In this document: positions 44,087 through 52,799 of the stretch, piece by piece | How positions within the stretch are numbered: the first letter of the stretch is position 1 | Layout of the letters: each line of letters opens with the position of its first letter | NCBI GenBank assembly: GCA_964384415.1 | Contig: CAYLMV010000004.1 | Span: 6,103 to 70,102 of the forward strand | Length of the DNA: 64,000 nucleotides | Origin: an uncultured Chitinophagaceae bacterium | GTDB lineage: Bacteria; Bacteroidota; Ignavibacteria; UBA10030; UBA8401 | Direction of reading: 5' to 3' | Translations under genes and position numbers: made by a program | Notes under the pieces: generated by a model | What the model was told of the DNA's origin: nothing | Database searches by the model: none | Seen by the model: only the letters and a program-made list of their open reading frames with translations

Positions 44087-44091
44087 GGAGG

Positions 44092-44643
44092 TTATTCCAG
44101 TTCTTCGGCTCTCCAGCCCTTTGATGTTCTCTCGCCGAGAACTCCGAGGAGTTTATCGGTGAAGGCCGAAATGTATTCATCGACAGACTTGGGGACAAAA
44201 TAGAGCGGCGGGGATATTGGCATGATGACGGCCCCGTTTCGCGACAGCTGCGCGCATTGTTCGAGCGATGTCGTGGATAGCGGAGTCTCACGGACGCAAA
44301 GTACTAATTTAAACCTCTCCTTCAAGGCAACCTGAGCGGACCGCGTAATTAACGTATCGCCGATACCCGAAGCAATTTTTCCGAGTGTGGATGTTGAGCA
44401 TGGCAGAATAACGCAGGCGTCGACATGATTGGAGCCTGAAGCGATCGGAGCGGCAAGGTCATCGTTCGAAAACTGGCGCTTCACAAACGGCTGAAGGTCT
44501 TTCTCGCTGAGGTTCAATTCATCTTTCAGCAGTATTTTTCCCCATTTGCTCATGACGAGATATTTTTCCGAACTCGATTGCCTGAGAAAATCGAGCGCAA
44601 ACGCCGCTCCCGACGAGCCGGTGATACCGACGACAATCTTCAT
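44092..44643 (-). CDS. ubiX: Flavin prenyltransferase UbiX
   Basis: MKIVVGITGSSGAAFALDFL is the flavoprotein N-terminus. The protein is 183 aa. Its start overlaps the upstream gene's stop by 4 bp (ATGA), and the UbiD-like gene starts 5 nt downstream. Confidence 0.85.
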   Translation of the reverse strand: MKIVVGITGSSGAAFALDFLRQSSSEKYLVMSKWGKILLKDELNLSEKDLQPFVKRQFSNDDLAAPIASGSNHVDACVILPCSTSTLGKIASGIGDTLITRSAQVALKERFKLVLCVRETPLSTTSLEQCAQLSRNGAVIMPISPPLYFVPKSVDEYISAFTDKLLGVLGERTSKGWRAEELE

Positions 44644-45473
44644 GAGATTACCGTCGGAAGAATGACCATCGCAAAGATGTTGAAGCCCAGCAAGATGTTG
44701 ATCCTAAAGAAGGCAAGCTCGACGTCATCCGCTTTCTTCTGCTCCAGGAACAGCAGCAGCCCGCTCAGAAGGAGGGGCGGAACGGCAACGAGTCCCTTGA
44801 GTGAATGGAAAAACAGAACCACGAGGACGAGGAAGGCGAGAAAATGAAGCCCTGCCGATATTTGCAGCGCGCGCTCTTTGCCAAACCGGGAAGGGAAGGA
44901 AAAGAGATTCGCTCCGCGGTCGAACTGTTCGTCCAATGTGGAGTAGATGATATCAAAACCGGATCCCCAAAAAAGGACAAACGTGGGAAGGATCAGGCCG
45001 GTGCTGAGGTTCGCGAATGATCCGGTGATCGCGAACCATCCTCCCAGGGGAGCCATTGCCATGCCAAGTCCGACTCCAAAGTGTGCGAGCGGCGTGAAGC
45101 GTTTGAGATAGGGATAGACAATAAACACGAACAGGGGAATCGGCGAGAGACGAAAACAGAAATCAGAAATCTGATATGCTGCCGCCAGATATAAGAAAAG
45201 AGCGCCAGTTAAAACGATGGAGACTTGCCAAAGAGTCAGCTTGCCGCTCGGCAATTCGCGACCCGTGGTTCGGGGATTTCTTTTGTCAATCTCCCTGTCT
45301 ATGATCCTGTTCAACGTCATGGCTACCGTCCGTGCGCCGACGGAGGCGAGAAGAACCAGAAGAAGCAGCTCGTTGGACGGTTTTTCTTTGGAGGCCAGAA
45401 ACACGCCGCTGTAGATCATCGGAAGCGTAAAGAGGGCGTGCTCTATTTTGATGAAATTGAGGAGCTTTTTCAA
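44640..45473 (-). CDS. UbiA-family polyprenyltransferase (menaquinone-pathway MqnP-like)
   Basis: It is a polytopic membrane protein with NRIIDREIDKRNPRTTGRELPSGKL, the UbiA Asp-rich motif, and a second motif region YSTLDEQFD. It is the first gene of the minus-strand mqn operon. Confidence 0.8.
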   Translation of the reverse strand: MKKLLNFIKIEHALFTLPMIYSGVFLASKEKPSNELLLLVLLASVGARTVAMTLNRIIDREIDKRNPRTTGRELPSGKLTLWQVSIVLTGALFLYLAAAYQISDFCFRLSPIPLFVFIVYPYLKRFTPLAHFGVGLGMAMAPLGGWFAITGSFANLSTGLILPTFVLFWGSGFDIIYSTLDEQFDRGANLFSFPSRFGKERALQISAGLHFLAFLVLVVLFFHSLKGLVAVPPLLLSGLLLFLEQKKADDVELAFFRINILLGFNIFAMVILPTVIS

Positions 45474-45799
45474 TCAATCAGGGAGATAATTTAGATGCGC
45501 ATACGGATGTTTTTCCGGGCTGCAAAGGCAATTGCCGGACAAATTTACCCAAAAAAAAACAGCGAGTCAAGACAGGAAAGTGCGGAGGAAGCTTCGGTTT
45601 GAACTTGCGCCTCAAACCTTGCGAAGGCTTCCTTTGACGAGCAATGCGAGAACGAGGGATCCGAAAATTGGAAAGGAAACCTTCGCAAGGTTCCGCATAC
45701 GGGATCAGCCGCAGTAACGCTGAGGTCTCTATCTATTTGGAACTCCAAGTCACTTTTTGTATATTTTGAAAACTTCATGCCGAAAAGACTCAACTCCAA

Positions 45800-46819
45800 A
45801 TGCACACAGTAACTCTTATTCCCGGCGACGGAATTGGCCCGAGCATTGCCGAAGCGGCTTGCCGGGTTATCGAGGCGACGGGGGTGAAAATTCAATGGGA
45901 AACTGCCCATGCGGGCATGACGGCGATCGAAATGTACAAGGACCCGATCCCCGAATCGACGGTGGCGTCGATTCAGAAGAACAAAGTCGCTTTGAAAGGA
46001 CCCCTTACGACGATGAGCGGCAAGGGATTCCGGAGTGTTAACGTTGCATTGAGGAAGGAATTTGATCTCTTTGTCAATCTTCGTCCGGCGAAGTCGTTTG
46101 AGGGCGTGGCTTCTCGGTACAAGAATGTCGACCTCGTGATGTTTCGGGAAAACATTGAAGAGTTTTACTCCGGTATCGAGCACTACATCGATGCCCAGAA
46201 GAGCGCCGCTGAAACAATCGGCATCGTGACGCGGTTCGGCTCCGAAAGAATTGTCCGTGCGGCCTTTGAGTACGCCCGGAAGAACGGCAGAAAGAAAGTG
46301 ACGATTGTCCACAAGGCGAACATCATGAAGTTCTCCGGCGGACTCTTTCTCGAGGTTGCGCGGGAAGTTTCTCAGAAATATCCCGAGATTGGCGCGGAGG
46401 ACCGGATCGTCGACAACATGGCAATGCAGCTTGTCCTTAATCCTTCACAGTTCGACGTTATTGTGACAACAAATCTGTTCGGAGACATCCTCTCCGACCT
46501 CTGCTCGGGCCTGGTTGGCGGACTTGGGCTCGCTCCGGGCGCGAACATCGGCGCCAACGCGGCAATCTTCGAAGCGGTGCACGGCAGCGCGCCCGACATC
46601 GCCGGAAAAAATATCGCCAACCCCTGCGCAATTATCCTGGCCGGCGCCATGATGCTCGACCATCTTGGTGAAACAGAAGCTGCTGCTAAGGTGAACGCCG
46701 CCGTCGAAGATGTTTTGAAACGAGGAATACACGTCACTCGTGACCTTGATCCGCACTCGACCACCGGAACCAGCGAAATGGCCGATGCACTTATCGCTCA
46801 TATCAGATCAACTTCCTAA
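45800..46819 (+). CDS. NAD-dependent isocitrate dehydrogenase (isocitrate/isopropylmalate dehydrogenase family, IDH3-like)
   Basis: It has [55 protein letters not shown] and [14 protein letters not shown]. The protein is 339 aa. Confidence 0.75.
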   Translation: MHTVTLIPGDGIGPSIAEAACRVIEATGVKIQWETAHAGMTAIEMYKDPIPESTVASIQKNKVALKGPLTTMSGKGFRSVNVALRKEFDLFVNLRPAKSFEGVASRYKNVDLVMFRENIEEFYSGIEHYIDAQKSAAETIGIVTRFGSERIVRAAFEYARKNGRKKVTIVHKANIMKFSGGLFLEVAREVSQKYPEIGAEDRIVDNMAMQLVLNPSQFDVIVTTNLFGDILSDLCSGLVGGLGLAPGANIGANAAIFEAVHGSAPDIAGKNIANPCAIILAGAMMLDHLGETEAAAKVNAAVEDVLKRGIHVTRDLDPHSTTGTSEMADALIAHIRSTS

Positions 46820-46828
46820 GAGAAAACT

Positions 46829-47617
46829 ATGAAATCGTTCGCTCATTTTATTTTGTTCGTGATGGTGACACTCTCGTTCACTCTTTCCACTGCCTCAGGC
46901 CAAACAAGAAACGTCGGCAGGGGAGTTAAAGTGACATGGTACGGCCATGCTGCATTCAAGGTCGAAACGGCGAAAGGCAAGGTAATCCTGATTGACCCAT
47001 GGCTCGACAACCCAAAAGCTCCGAGCAGCGCCCGGAACATTGACAAAGTCGATCTTATTCTCGTGACGCACGGTCATTCCGATCATATCGGCAACACCGT
47101 TGAGCTCTCGCAGAAGTTCGATGCCCCCGTTGTCTGCAATAGCGCTCTGGCCGCCTACCTGACGGGCAAAGGAGTGAAGAAGACGATCATTCTGGACTAC
47201 TCCGGTTCCTACGAAGCGGACAATGTGAAGATCGTCATGGTTCACGCAGACCATAGCTCGACGATTGAAGACGGAGGAGCAAGAATCGATGGAGGACTCG
47301 CCGCAGGATTTGTGATCCAGTGCGAGAATGGCGTGACCGTTTATCACGCGGGCGACACCGGCGTTTTCGGCGACATGAAGCTCATCGCGGATCTCTATAA
47401 GCCGGACATCGTGATGATTCCGATCGGAGGAGTGTATACGATGGGACCCCGCGAGGCCGCGAAGGCCTGCGAGCTGCTCAATCCAAAATGTATTATACCG
47501 ATGCACTACGGAACATTTCCCGCGCTGACGGGCGCTCCCGAAGAAATGAAGGGATATTTGCCCGTCCAATTGAAGAGCAGAGTGGTGGATATACTTCCGG
47601 GCGACACGATTAACTGA
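46829..47617 (+). CDS. Metallo-beta-lactamase-fold hydrolase (UPF0173-like), with signal peptide
   Basis: It has VTWYGHAAFKVE, the LILVTHGHSDHIG metal motif, and HAGDTG. Confidence 0.7.
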   Translation: MKSFAHFILFVMVTLSFTLSTASGQTRNVGRGVKVTWYGHAAFKVETAKGKVILIDPWLDNPKAPSSARNIDKVDLILVTHGHSDHIGNTVELSQKFDAPVVCNSALAAYLTGKGVKKTIILDYSGSYEADNVKIVMVHADHSSTIEDGGARIDGGLAAGFVIQCENGVTVYHAGDTGVFGDMKLIADLYKPDIVMIPIGGVYTMGPREAAKACELLNPKCIIPMHYGTFPALTGAPEEMKGYLPVQLKSRVVDILPGDTIN

Positions 47618-47632
47618 CGAACTGAGAAGAAA

Positions 47633-48634
47633 GTGAAGATAGGTTCCCTCGAAATAAATAATCCTATACTCCTCGCGCCGATGGAAGACGTGACGGACCC
47701 GCCGTTTCGCCTTGTTTGCAAACGGCTCGGGGCCGATATTGTCTACACCGAATTTGTGAACTCCGAGGGACTTGTCAGGAACAGCGAGAAGACGAAGAAG
47801 AAGATGTTCTTCTCCGAAGAAGAACGCCCTTTCGGAATTCAAATCTACGGAGGCGAGGAATCGTCGATGGGCGGAGCGGCCGCGATTGCCGAGAGCCTTA
47901 ATCCGGATATTATCGATATCAACTGCGGCTGTTGGGTGAAAGATGTTGCCATGAGGGGAGCCGGCGCGGGGCTGCTGAAGGATTTGCCGAGAATGGAGAG
48001 GATTGTCTCCACCGTCGTCAAGGCGACGACGAAGCCTGTCACTGTCAAAACGCGTCTCGGGTGGGATGAAAATTCCATACGGATTGTGGAAGTGGCTAAG
48101 ATGCTGGAGGGAGTAGGCGTGCAGGGCCTGACAGTCCATTGCCGCACCCGCGCTCAGGCGCACAAGGGTTTTCCCGACTACTCCTGGATTCCCAGAATAA
48201 AAGAAGCGGTGAAGATTCCGGTCATCGTCAACGGAAATATTTTTGAGCCCGCGGATGTGCAGCGCGTATTTGACGACACCGGCTGCGATGGAGTGATGAT
48301 CGGCAGGGGCGCCATTGACAACCCCTGGATCTTCCGTCAGGCAAAGGAATTCATGCAGACGGGAAAAGTGTCCGTTTTCGTTTCATTGGACGAACGCGTT
48401 GCGCTTTGCATTGAACACCTGAAACTTTCGATCGAGTACAAAGGCGACCGGACCGGTATCCTCGAAATGAGAAAGCATTATTCAGGCTACCTTCACGGCA
48501 CGCCGAATGTCGCAAAACTTCGTGCAGAATTGATGACCTATACTGCTTTCGATCCCATTGTCGAACGGCTGCATCGGTTCACGGAAGAAGCGCTCATTCG
48601 TCCCGAGTCATCCGAATCGATTGTCTTTGTATAA
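47633..48634 (+). CDS. dusB: tRNA-dihydrouridine synthase (Dus family)
   Basis: It has LAPMEDVTDPPFRLVCKRLGADIVYTEFV, INCGCW and VTVKTRLGW. The start codon is GTG. Confidence 0.8.
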   Translation: MKIGSLEINNPILLAPMEDVTDPPFRLVCKRLGADIVYTEFVNSEGLVRNSEKTKKKMFFSEEERPFGIQIYGGEESSMGGAAAIAESLNPDIIDINCGCWVKDVAMRGAGAGLLKDLPRMERIVSTVVKATTKPVTVKTRLGWDENSIRIVEVAKMLEGVGVQGLTVHCRTRAQAHKGFPDYSWIPRIKEAVKIPVIVNGNIFEPADVQRVFDDTGCDGVMIGRGAIDNPWIFRQAKEFMQTGKVSVFVSLDERVALCIEHLKLSIEYKGDRTGILEMRKHYSGYLHGTPNVAKLRAELMTYTAFDPIVERLHRFTEEALIRPESSESIVFV

Positions 48635-48759
48635 ACGCTTTGCGATTCAGCCTCATTTCAATTATCTTCCACTGCGCGGCGAAGTCAACAGTTGCAGAAC
48701 TCCTCGCGCCGCGCAACTGCTTCTGTCGCCGAACGATTCCTCACAACTGAACGAGCTGG

Positions 48760-49377
48760 ATGATCGCCTTCATCGTCGGATTTATCGTAGGATTCTTTAC
48801 GTCGATGCCCATCGGGCCGATCAATATCGCGGTCATGATGAAAGGGCTCTCGAACAAAACCGGCCAGGGTTTCATGATCGGCGCCGGTTCAGGGTGGATG
48901 GATTTCGTCTATTGCGCCGCTGCGATGTTCGGGATCTCGGTTCTGAATTCCAACCCCAAGATCGATCTCGTTTTCAGGATCCTTGCCTTTGTTATATTCC
49001 TTGCATTCGGCATACGAACGACATTCTTCAAGATGCGCGAAGCCAAACTCGCGAAAAGCGAGGAGGCTCCCGGCTTCAAGCGGTATTTCCTTTTCGGCAT
49101 CGTCCTCTATCTTTCCAATCCCTCCTTTATTGCCTACTGGATCACAGTCGCAGGCATCATTCATGGATATCACATTCTTGCAATATCAGCGTACAATAAC
49201 TTGTTTTTCGCGTTGGGTACCGGGTTCGGAACAACAGGGTGGTTTGTCGTCCTCCTCGAACTTGTCGAACGGCAGAAGATGAAACTCGATCATGCGCTCA
49301 TCGAGAAGATCACTCGCGGTTTTGGTATCGTCCTGATTGTGATCAGCCTGATCATGGGGTATCGATTGCTCTCGTGA
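48760..49377 (+). CDS. LysE/RhtB-family amino-acid exporter
   Basis: It is a 205-aa, six-helix membrane protein. The N-terminal MIAFIVGFIVGFFTSMPIGPINIAVM is typical of the LysE family. Confidence 0.6.
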   Translation: MIAFIVGFIVGFFTSMPIGPINIAVMMKGLSNKTGQGFMIGAGSGWMDFVYCAAAMFGISVLNSNPKIDLVFRILAFVIFLAFGIRTTFFKMREAKLAKSEEAPGFKRYFLFGIVLYLSNPSFIAYWITVAGIIHGYHILAISAYNNLFFALGTGFGTTGWFVVLLELVERQKMKLDHALIEKITRGFGIVLIVISLIMGYRLLS

Positions 49378-49456
49378 TGTCGAGTCCCGGCGTGAAGCGT
49401 TTGTAGGATTGCCAATAATTTATCGTCCCAACCTCTCAATCTAAAGGAGCATTGTC

Positions 49457-51433
49457 ATGGCCACGACAGTTCCACAAGGCAGCGGTGTAAACATTACTTC
49501 GGTCCTGAAGGAATTCCGCGTGTTTAAGCCGAGTGCAAAATTTGCCAAGACGGCGGCGTTGAAGTCGTTTACGCAATATCGAAAGATGTACAATGAGTCG
49601 ATCCACTCGCCGGAAAAATTCTGGGGGGAAATGGCAAATGAGCTTTCGTGGTACAAGAAATGGACTAAAGTTCTTCGATGGAAGCTTCCCTTCGCGCAAT
49701 GGTTTGTCGGAGGAAAAATAAATGTCTCGTATAATTGCCTGGACCGGCATCTGCTGACGTGGAGAAAGAACAAAGCGGCGATCATATGGGAAGGGGAGCC
49801 GGGAGATACCCGGACTCTCACCTATGGCGACCTTCATCGCGAGGTGTGCCGGTGTGCAAATGTGTTGAAGAAGCTCGGCGTTGAAAAGGGCGATCGCATT
49901 GTCATATATATGCCGATGATTCCCGAGCTCCCTATCACGATGCTCGCGTGCGCCAGAATCGGCGCGACCCATAGTGTAATCTTCGGTGGATTTAGCGCAG
50001 AAGCGTTGAAGGACAGGATCAATGACGCCCAGGCAAAACTCGTTGTTACAGCTGATGGGGGATACCGCCGCGGCGGAGTTATTCCATTAAAGGCAAACGT
50101 CGATGAGGCGCTCAAGGTCTCGCCGTCGGTGGAGAGTGTCATCGTCGTCAACAGGGTGGGACTCGATGTCACGATGGATCCAGGCCGCGATCACTGGTGG
50201 GAAGCTCTCATGTCCACCACGTCAGCAGAATGTGAGCCGGAAAAATTGGATTCGGAACACCCCCTCTATATACTCTACACGAGCGGAACCACCGGCAAAC
50301 CAAAAGGAGTGGTTCATTCGACTGCGGGCTACCTGCTCGGCTGCCATCTCACGATGAAATACGTATTCGATCTGAAAGACACCGATACATACTGGTGCAC
50401 CGCAGACATTGGCTGGGTGACCGGGCATAGCTACATCGTTTACGGGCCTTTCTCAAACGGCGCCACGGTTGTCATGTACGAAGGAGCGCCCAATCACCCC
50501 GAGCCGGACCGTTTCTGGAGCATTATTGAAAAATACAAGGTTAACATATTTTATACGGCTCCGACCGCTATTCGCGCCTTTATTAAGTGGGGAGAACAAT
50601 GGCCCCTCAAACACGACCTAAGTTCACTGCGCCTCCTTGGGACAGTGGGTGAGCCGATCAACCCAGAGGCCTGGATGTGGTATAACAAGATCATCGGGAA
50701 GGGAAAATGCCCTATTGTTGATACCTGGTGGCAAACCGAGACCGGCTCTATTATGATTTCCCCTATCCCGGGAGTAACCCCCACGAAACCCGGCACCGCC
50801 ACGTTGCCTTTCTTCGGCATCCAGCCGGACGTGGTAAACAAAGAGGGAAAGTCAGTGCCCGTTACCCAGGGCGGCTATCTTGTGATCAAGAAACCATGGC
50901 CTTCGATGATGCGCGGAGTGTACGGAGATCCTGAGAGATTCAAGAAGACATATTGGAGCGATATCAAGGGCGTCTATTTTACGGGTGACGGCGCGAGGCG
51001 CGACAAGGATGGTTATTACTGGATCATGGGGAGAGTGGACGATGTTATCAACGTCTCAGGTCATCGGCTCGGCACAATGGAAGTGGAAAGCGCTCTGGTT
51101 AGCCATCCGTATGTTGCCGAAGCAGCCGTAGTCGGAAAGCCGGATGAGATAAAGGGGTCGGCGATATGCGCCTTTGTAACGCTGGAGGGAAAGCGATCTC
51201 CGACGGCTCAGTTAAAGGAAGAGCTGAGGCTCCATGTCGCGAAAGAAATAGGCGCAATGGCAAAACCGGATGACATTAGATTCACGGACGCGCTTCCAAA
51301 AACAAGAAGCGGCAAGATTATGCGCAGATTGTTGCGGGAGATCGCTGCCGGCGGCGCAACGACGGGGGACACAACAACGCTCGAGGATTTTTCCGTGATT
51401 GAAAAATTGCGCCATCACGAGGACGAAGAATAG
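49457..51433 (+). CDS. acs: Acetyl-CoA synthetase (AMP-forming)
   Basis: It has [53 protein letters not shown] and [11 protein letters not shown]. The protein is 658 aa. Confidence 0.95.
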   Translation: MATTVPQGSGVNITSVLKEFRVFKPSAKFAKTAALKSFTQYRKMYNESIHSPEKFWGEMANELSWYKKWTKVLRWKLPFAQWFVGGKINVSYNCLDRHLLTWRKNKAAIIWEGEPGDTRTLTYGDLHREVCRCANVLKKLGVEKGDRIVIYMPMIPELPITMLACARIGATHSVIFGGFSAEALKDRINDAQAKLVVTADGGYRRGGVIPLKANVDEALKVSPSVESVIVVNRVGLDVTMDPGRDHWWEALMSTTSAECEPEKLDSEHPLYILYTSGTTGKPKGVVHSTAGYLLGCHLTMKYVFDLKDTDTYWCTADIGWVTGHSYIVYGPFSNGATVVMYEGAPNHPEPDRFWSIIEKYKVNIFYTAPTAIRAFIKWGEQWPLKHDLSSLRLLGTVGEPINPEAWMWYNKIIGKGKCPIVDTWWQTETGSIMISPIPGVTPTKPGTATLPFFGIQPDVVNKEGKSVPVTQGGYLVIKKPWPSMMRGVYGDPERFKKTYWSDIKGVYFTGDGARRDKDGYYWIMGRVDDVINVSGHRLGTMEVESALVSHPYVAEAAVVGKPDEIKGSAICAFVTLEGKRSPTAQLKEELRLHVAKEIGAMAKPDDIRFTDALPKTRSGKIMRRLLREIAAGGATTGDTTTLEDFSVIEKLRHHEDEE

Positions 51434-51657
51434 AGAAGCAAAGCGGGGACTGCGGCAGCACTTGGCGTTCAGCAAAAGGTCTTCCGATTCAAAATCTACA
51501 ATGATGAGCGCGTCCCGGAGTTCGAGAAACTCACCGTAGGGTGAGAAGCCGACATCTGCGGCCAAGATTATACTTGCGCCATTTTCTCGACTTTGCTATA
51601 TTCAGACGTCCTCGGTTGAGCAGGAGAATCCACCACCACGTTTTTTCTTCATCCGTA

Positions 51658-52167
51658 ATGCCCAAAGTTTACTGCACATCATTCGATTCGAAGATAGGCC
51701 ATATCTATATCGCTTCAACCGATCGGGGAGCGTGCAAGATAAGCATCCCGAAAGAATCGAAGAAGGATTTTTTTGATTGGCTGTCGATGCATTTCGACGA
51801 CGAAGACGTGGTCGAGAACAAAAGCCGTAACAAAGATACGATCGACCAGCTTAATCGATACTTCAACGGGAAACTGGCAAAGTTCTCGGCGCCGATCGAC
51901 CAGATCGGGACCGCATTTCAACTGCGCGTATGGAAAGAGTTGATGCACATCCCGTACGGCACCACTATCACCTACAAGCAGCTCGCTCGAAGAGTCGGAG
52001 TCCCGCGCGGATTTCGCGCCGTCGGCACCGCGAACGGCAGCAACCCTCTTCCGATTGTCGTTCCGTGCCACAGGGTCGTGGGGCATGATGGCTCTCTTGC
52101 AGGATACTCGGCCGGGGTAAAGACAAAAGAATTTCTTCTCCGCCTCGAAGGGGCAATCATTCTCTAA
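51658..52167 (+). CDS. ogt: Methylated-DNA-protein-cysteine methyltransferase
   Basis: I re-picked the start to the ATG at 51658. It has the PCHRVV active site and the helix-turn-helix block TYKQLARRVG. Confidence 0.85.
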   Translation: MPKVYCTSFDSKIGHIYIASTDRGACKISIPKESKKDFFDWLSMHFDDEDVVENKSRNKDTIDQLNRYFNGKLAKFSAPIDQIGTAFQLRVWKELMHIPYGTTITYKQLARRVGVPRGFRAVGTANGSNPLPIVVPCHRVVGHDGSLAGYSAGVKTKEFLLRLEGAIIL

Positions 52168-52799
52168 TTCGCGTTCCCGGTTTTCTCTCCCCGTTCTCTC
52201 TCCCCATATAGCGGTTTCTCACTTTGCATTAAAGCACTCTTCTTTCTCTGATGCCAGAGAGAGAAGCGAAGTCCCGCTGTGCGGGATCCCGCCTTTCATA
52301 GCCTTTTGAAAGCGGGAAGAGCATTCGGAATCGGAACGAAGCGATGCTTTTGCGTGCATTTCCTGAAGAAAACGGCTTCCACAAGCCATGGCTCTTCCCG
52401 GCCGTTTTCTAAACGCACGCATCGTCTTCTCCCACAATACCGCCGATTCCGGGGCCATCGCTTCTTCGCGAGTCAAACGAGTCGAAATCGACGGGTGCGC
52501 GGGAGGGTAGGATTCAATCGAAGGGTTTCAATTTCGACGCAACTACTCACCGCTTGAAAACTCAAGAATGTTGAAGCGCCGAAATTGTCAGTTTGTGTGA
52601 TAGGGATTGAATCCGCGCGTTTCGATTTCGACGGATTTCTTTGGTTACTTTCTTTCTCGGAAAGAAAGTAACATCGAATACGTGAACGGCGTGAATTATT
52701 TCTAAACGGCTAGCTATGTCAACCCGGCCGTAATGCAATTTACCCGGTTGCATCACTTTGGTAATTTGCGTATTATTCCGCACGCATCTTCAAATTCCC

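Noticed and set aside
46895-48163. A 422-aa ORF on the minus strand spanning the MBL-hydrolase gene, the intergenic gap and half of dusB
   Set aside because: - It is antisense to two well-supported genes with clear family motifs.
- Its translation is Arg/His/Ser-rich with no recognisable motifs.
- It crosses an intergenic region.

This is a typical shadow ORF in a moderately GC-rich genome.
52219-52557. 85-aa (minus) and 92-aa (plus) ORFs inside the long ogt-helicase spacer
   Set aside because: They overlap each other on opposite strands. Their composition is Arg/Ser/Lys-rich, and they have no signal peptide, motif or ribosome-binding context. They are better treated as non-coding sequence until expression data say otherwise.
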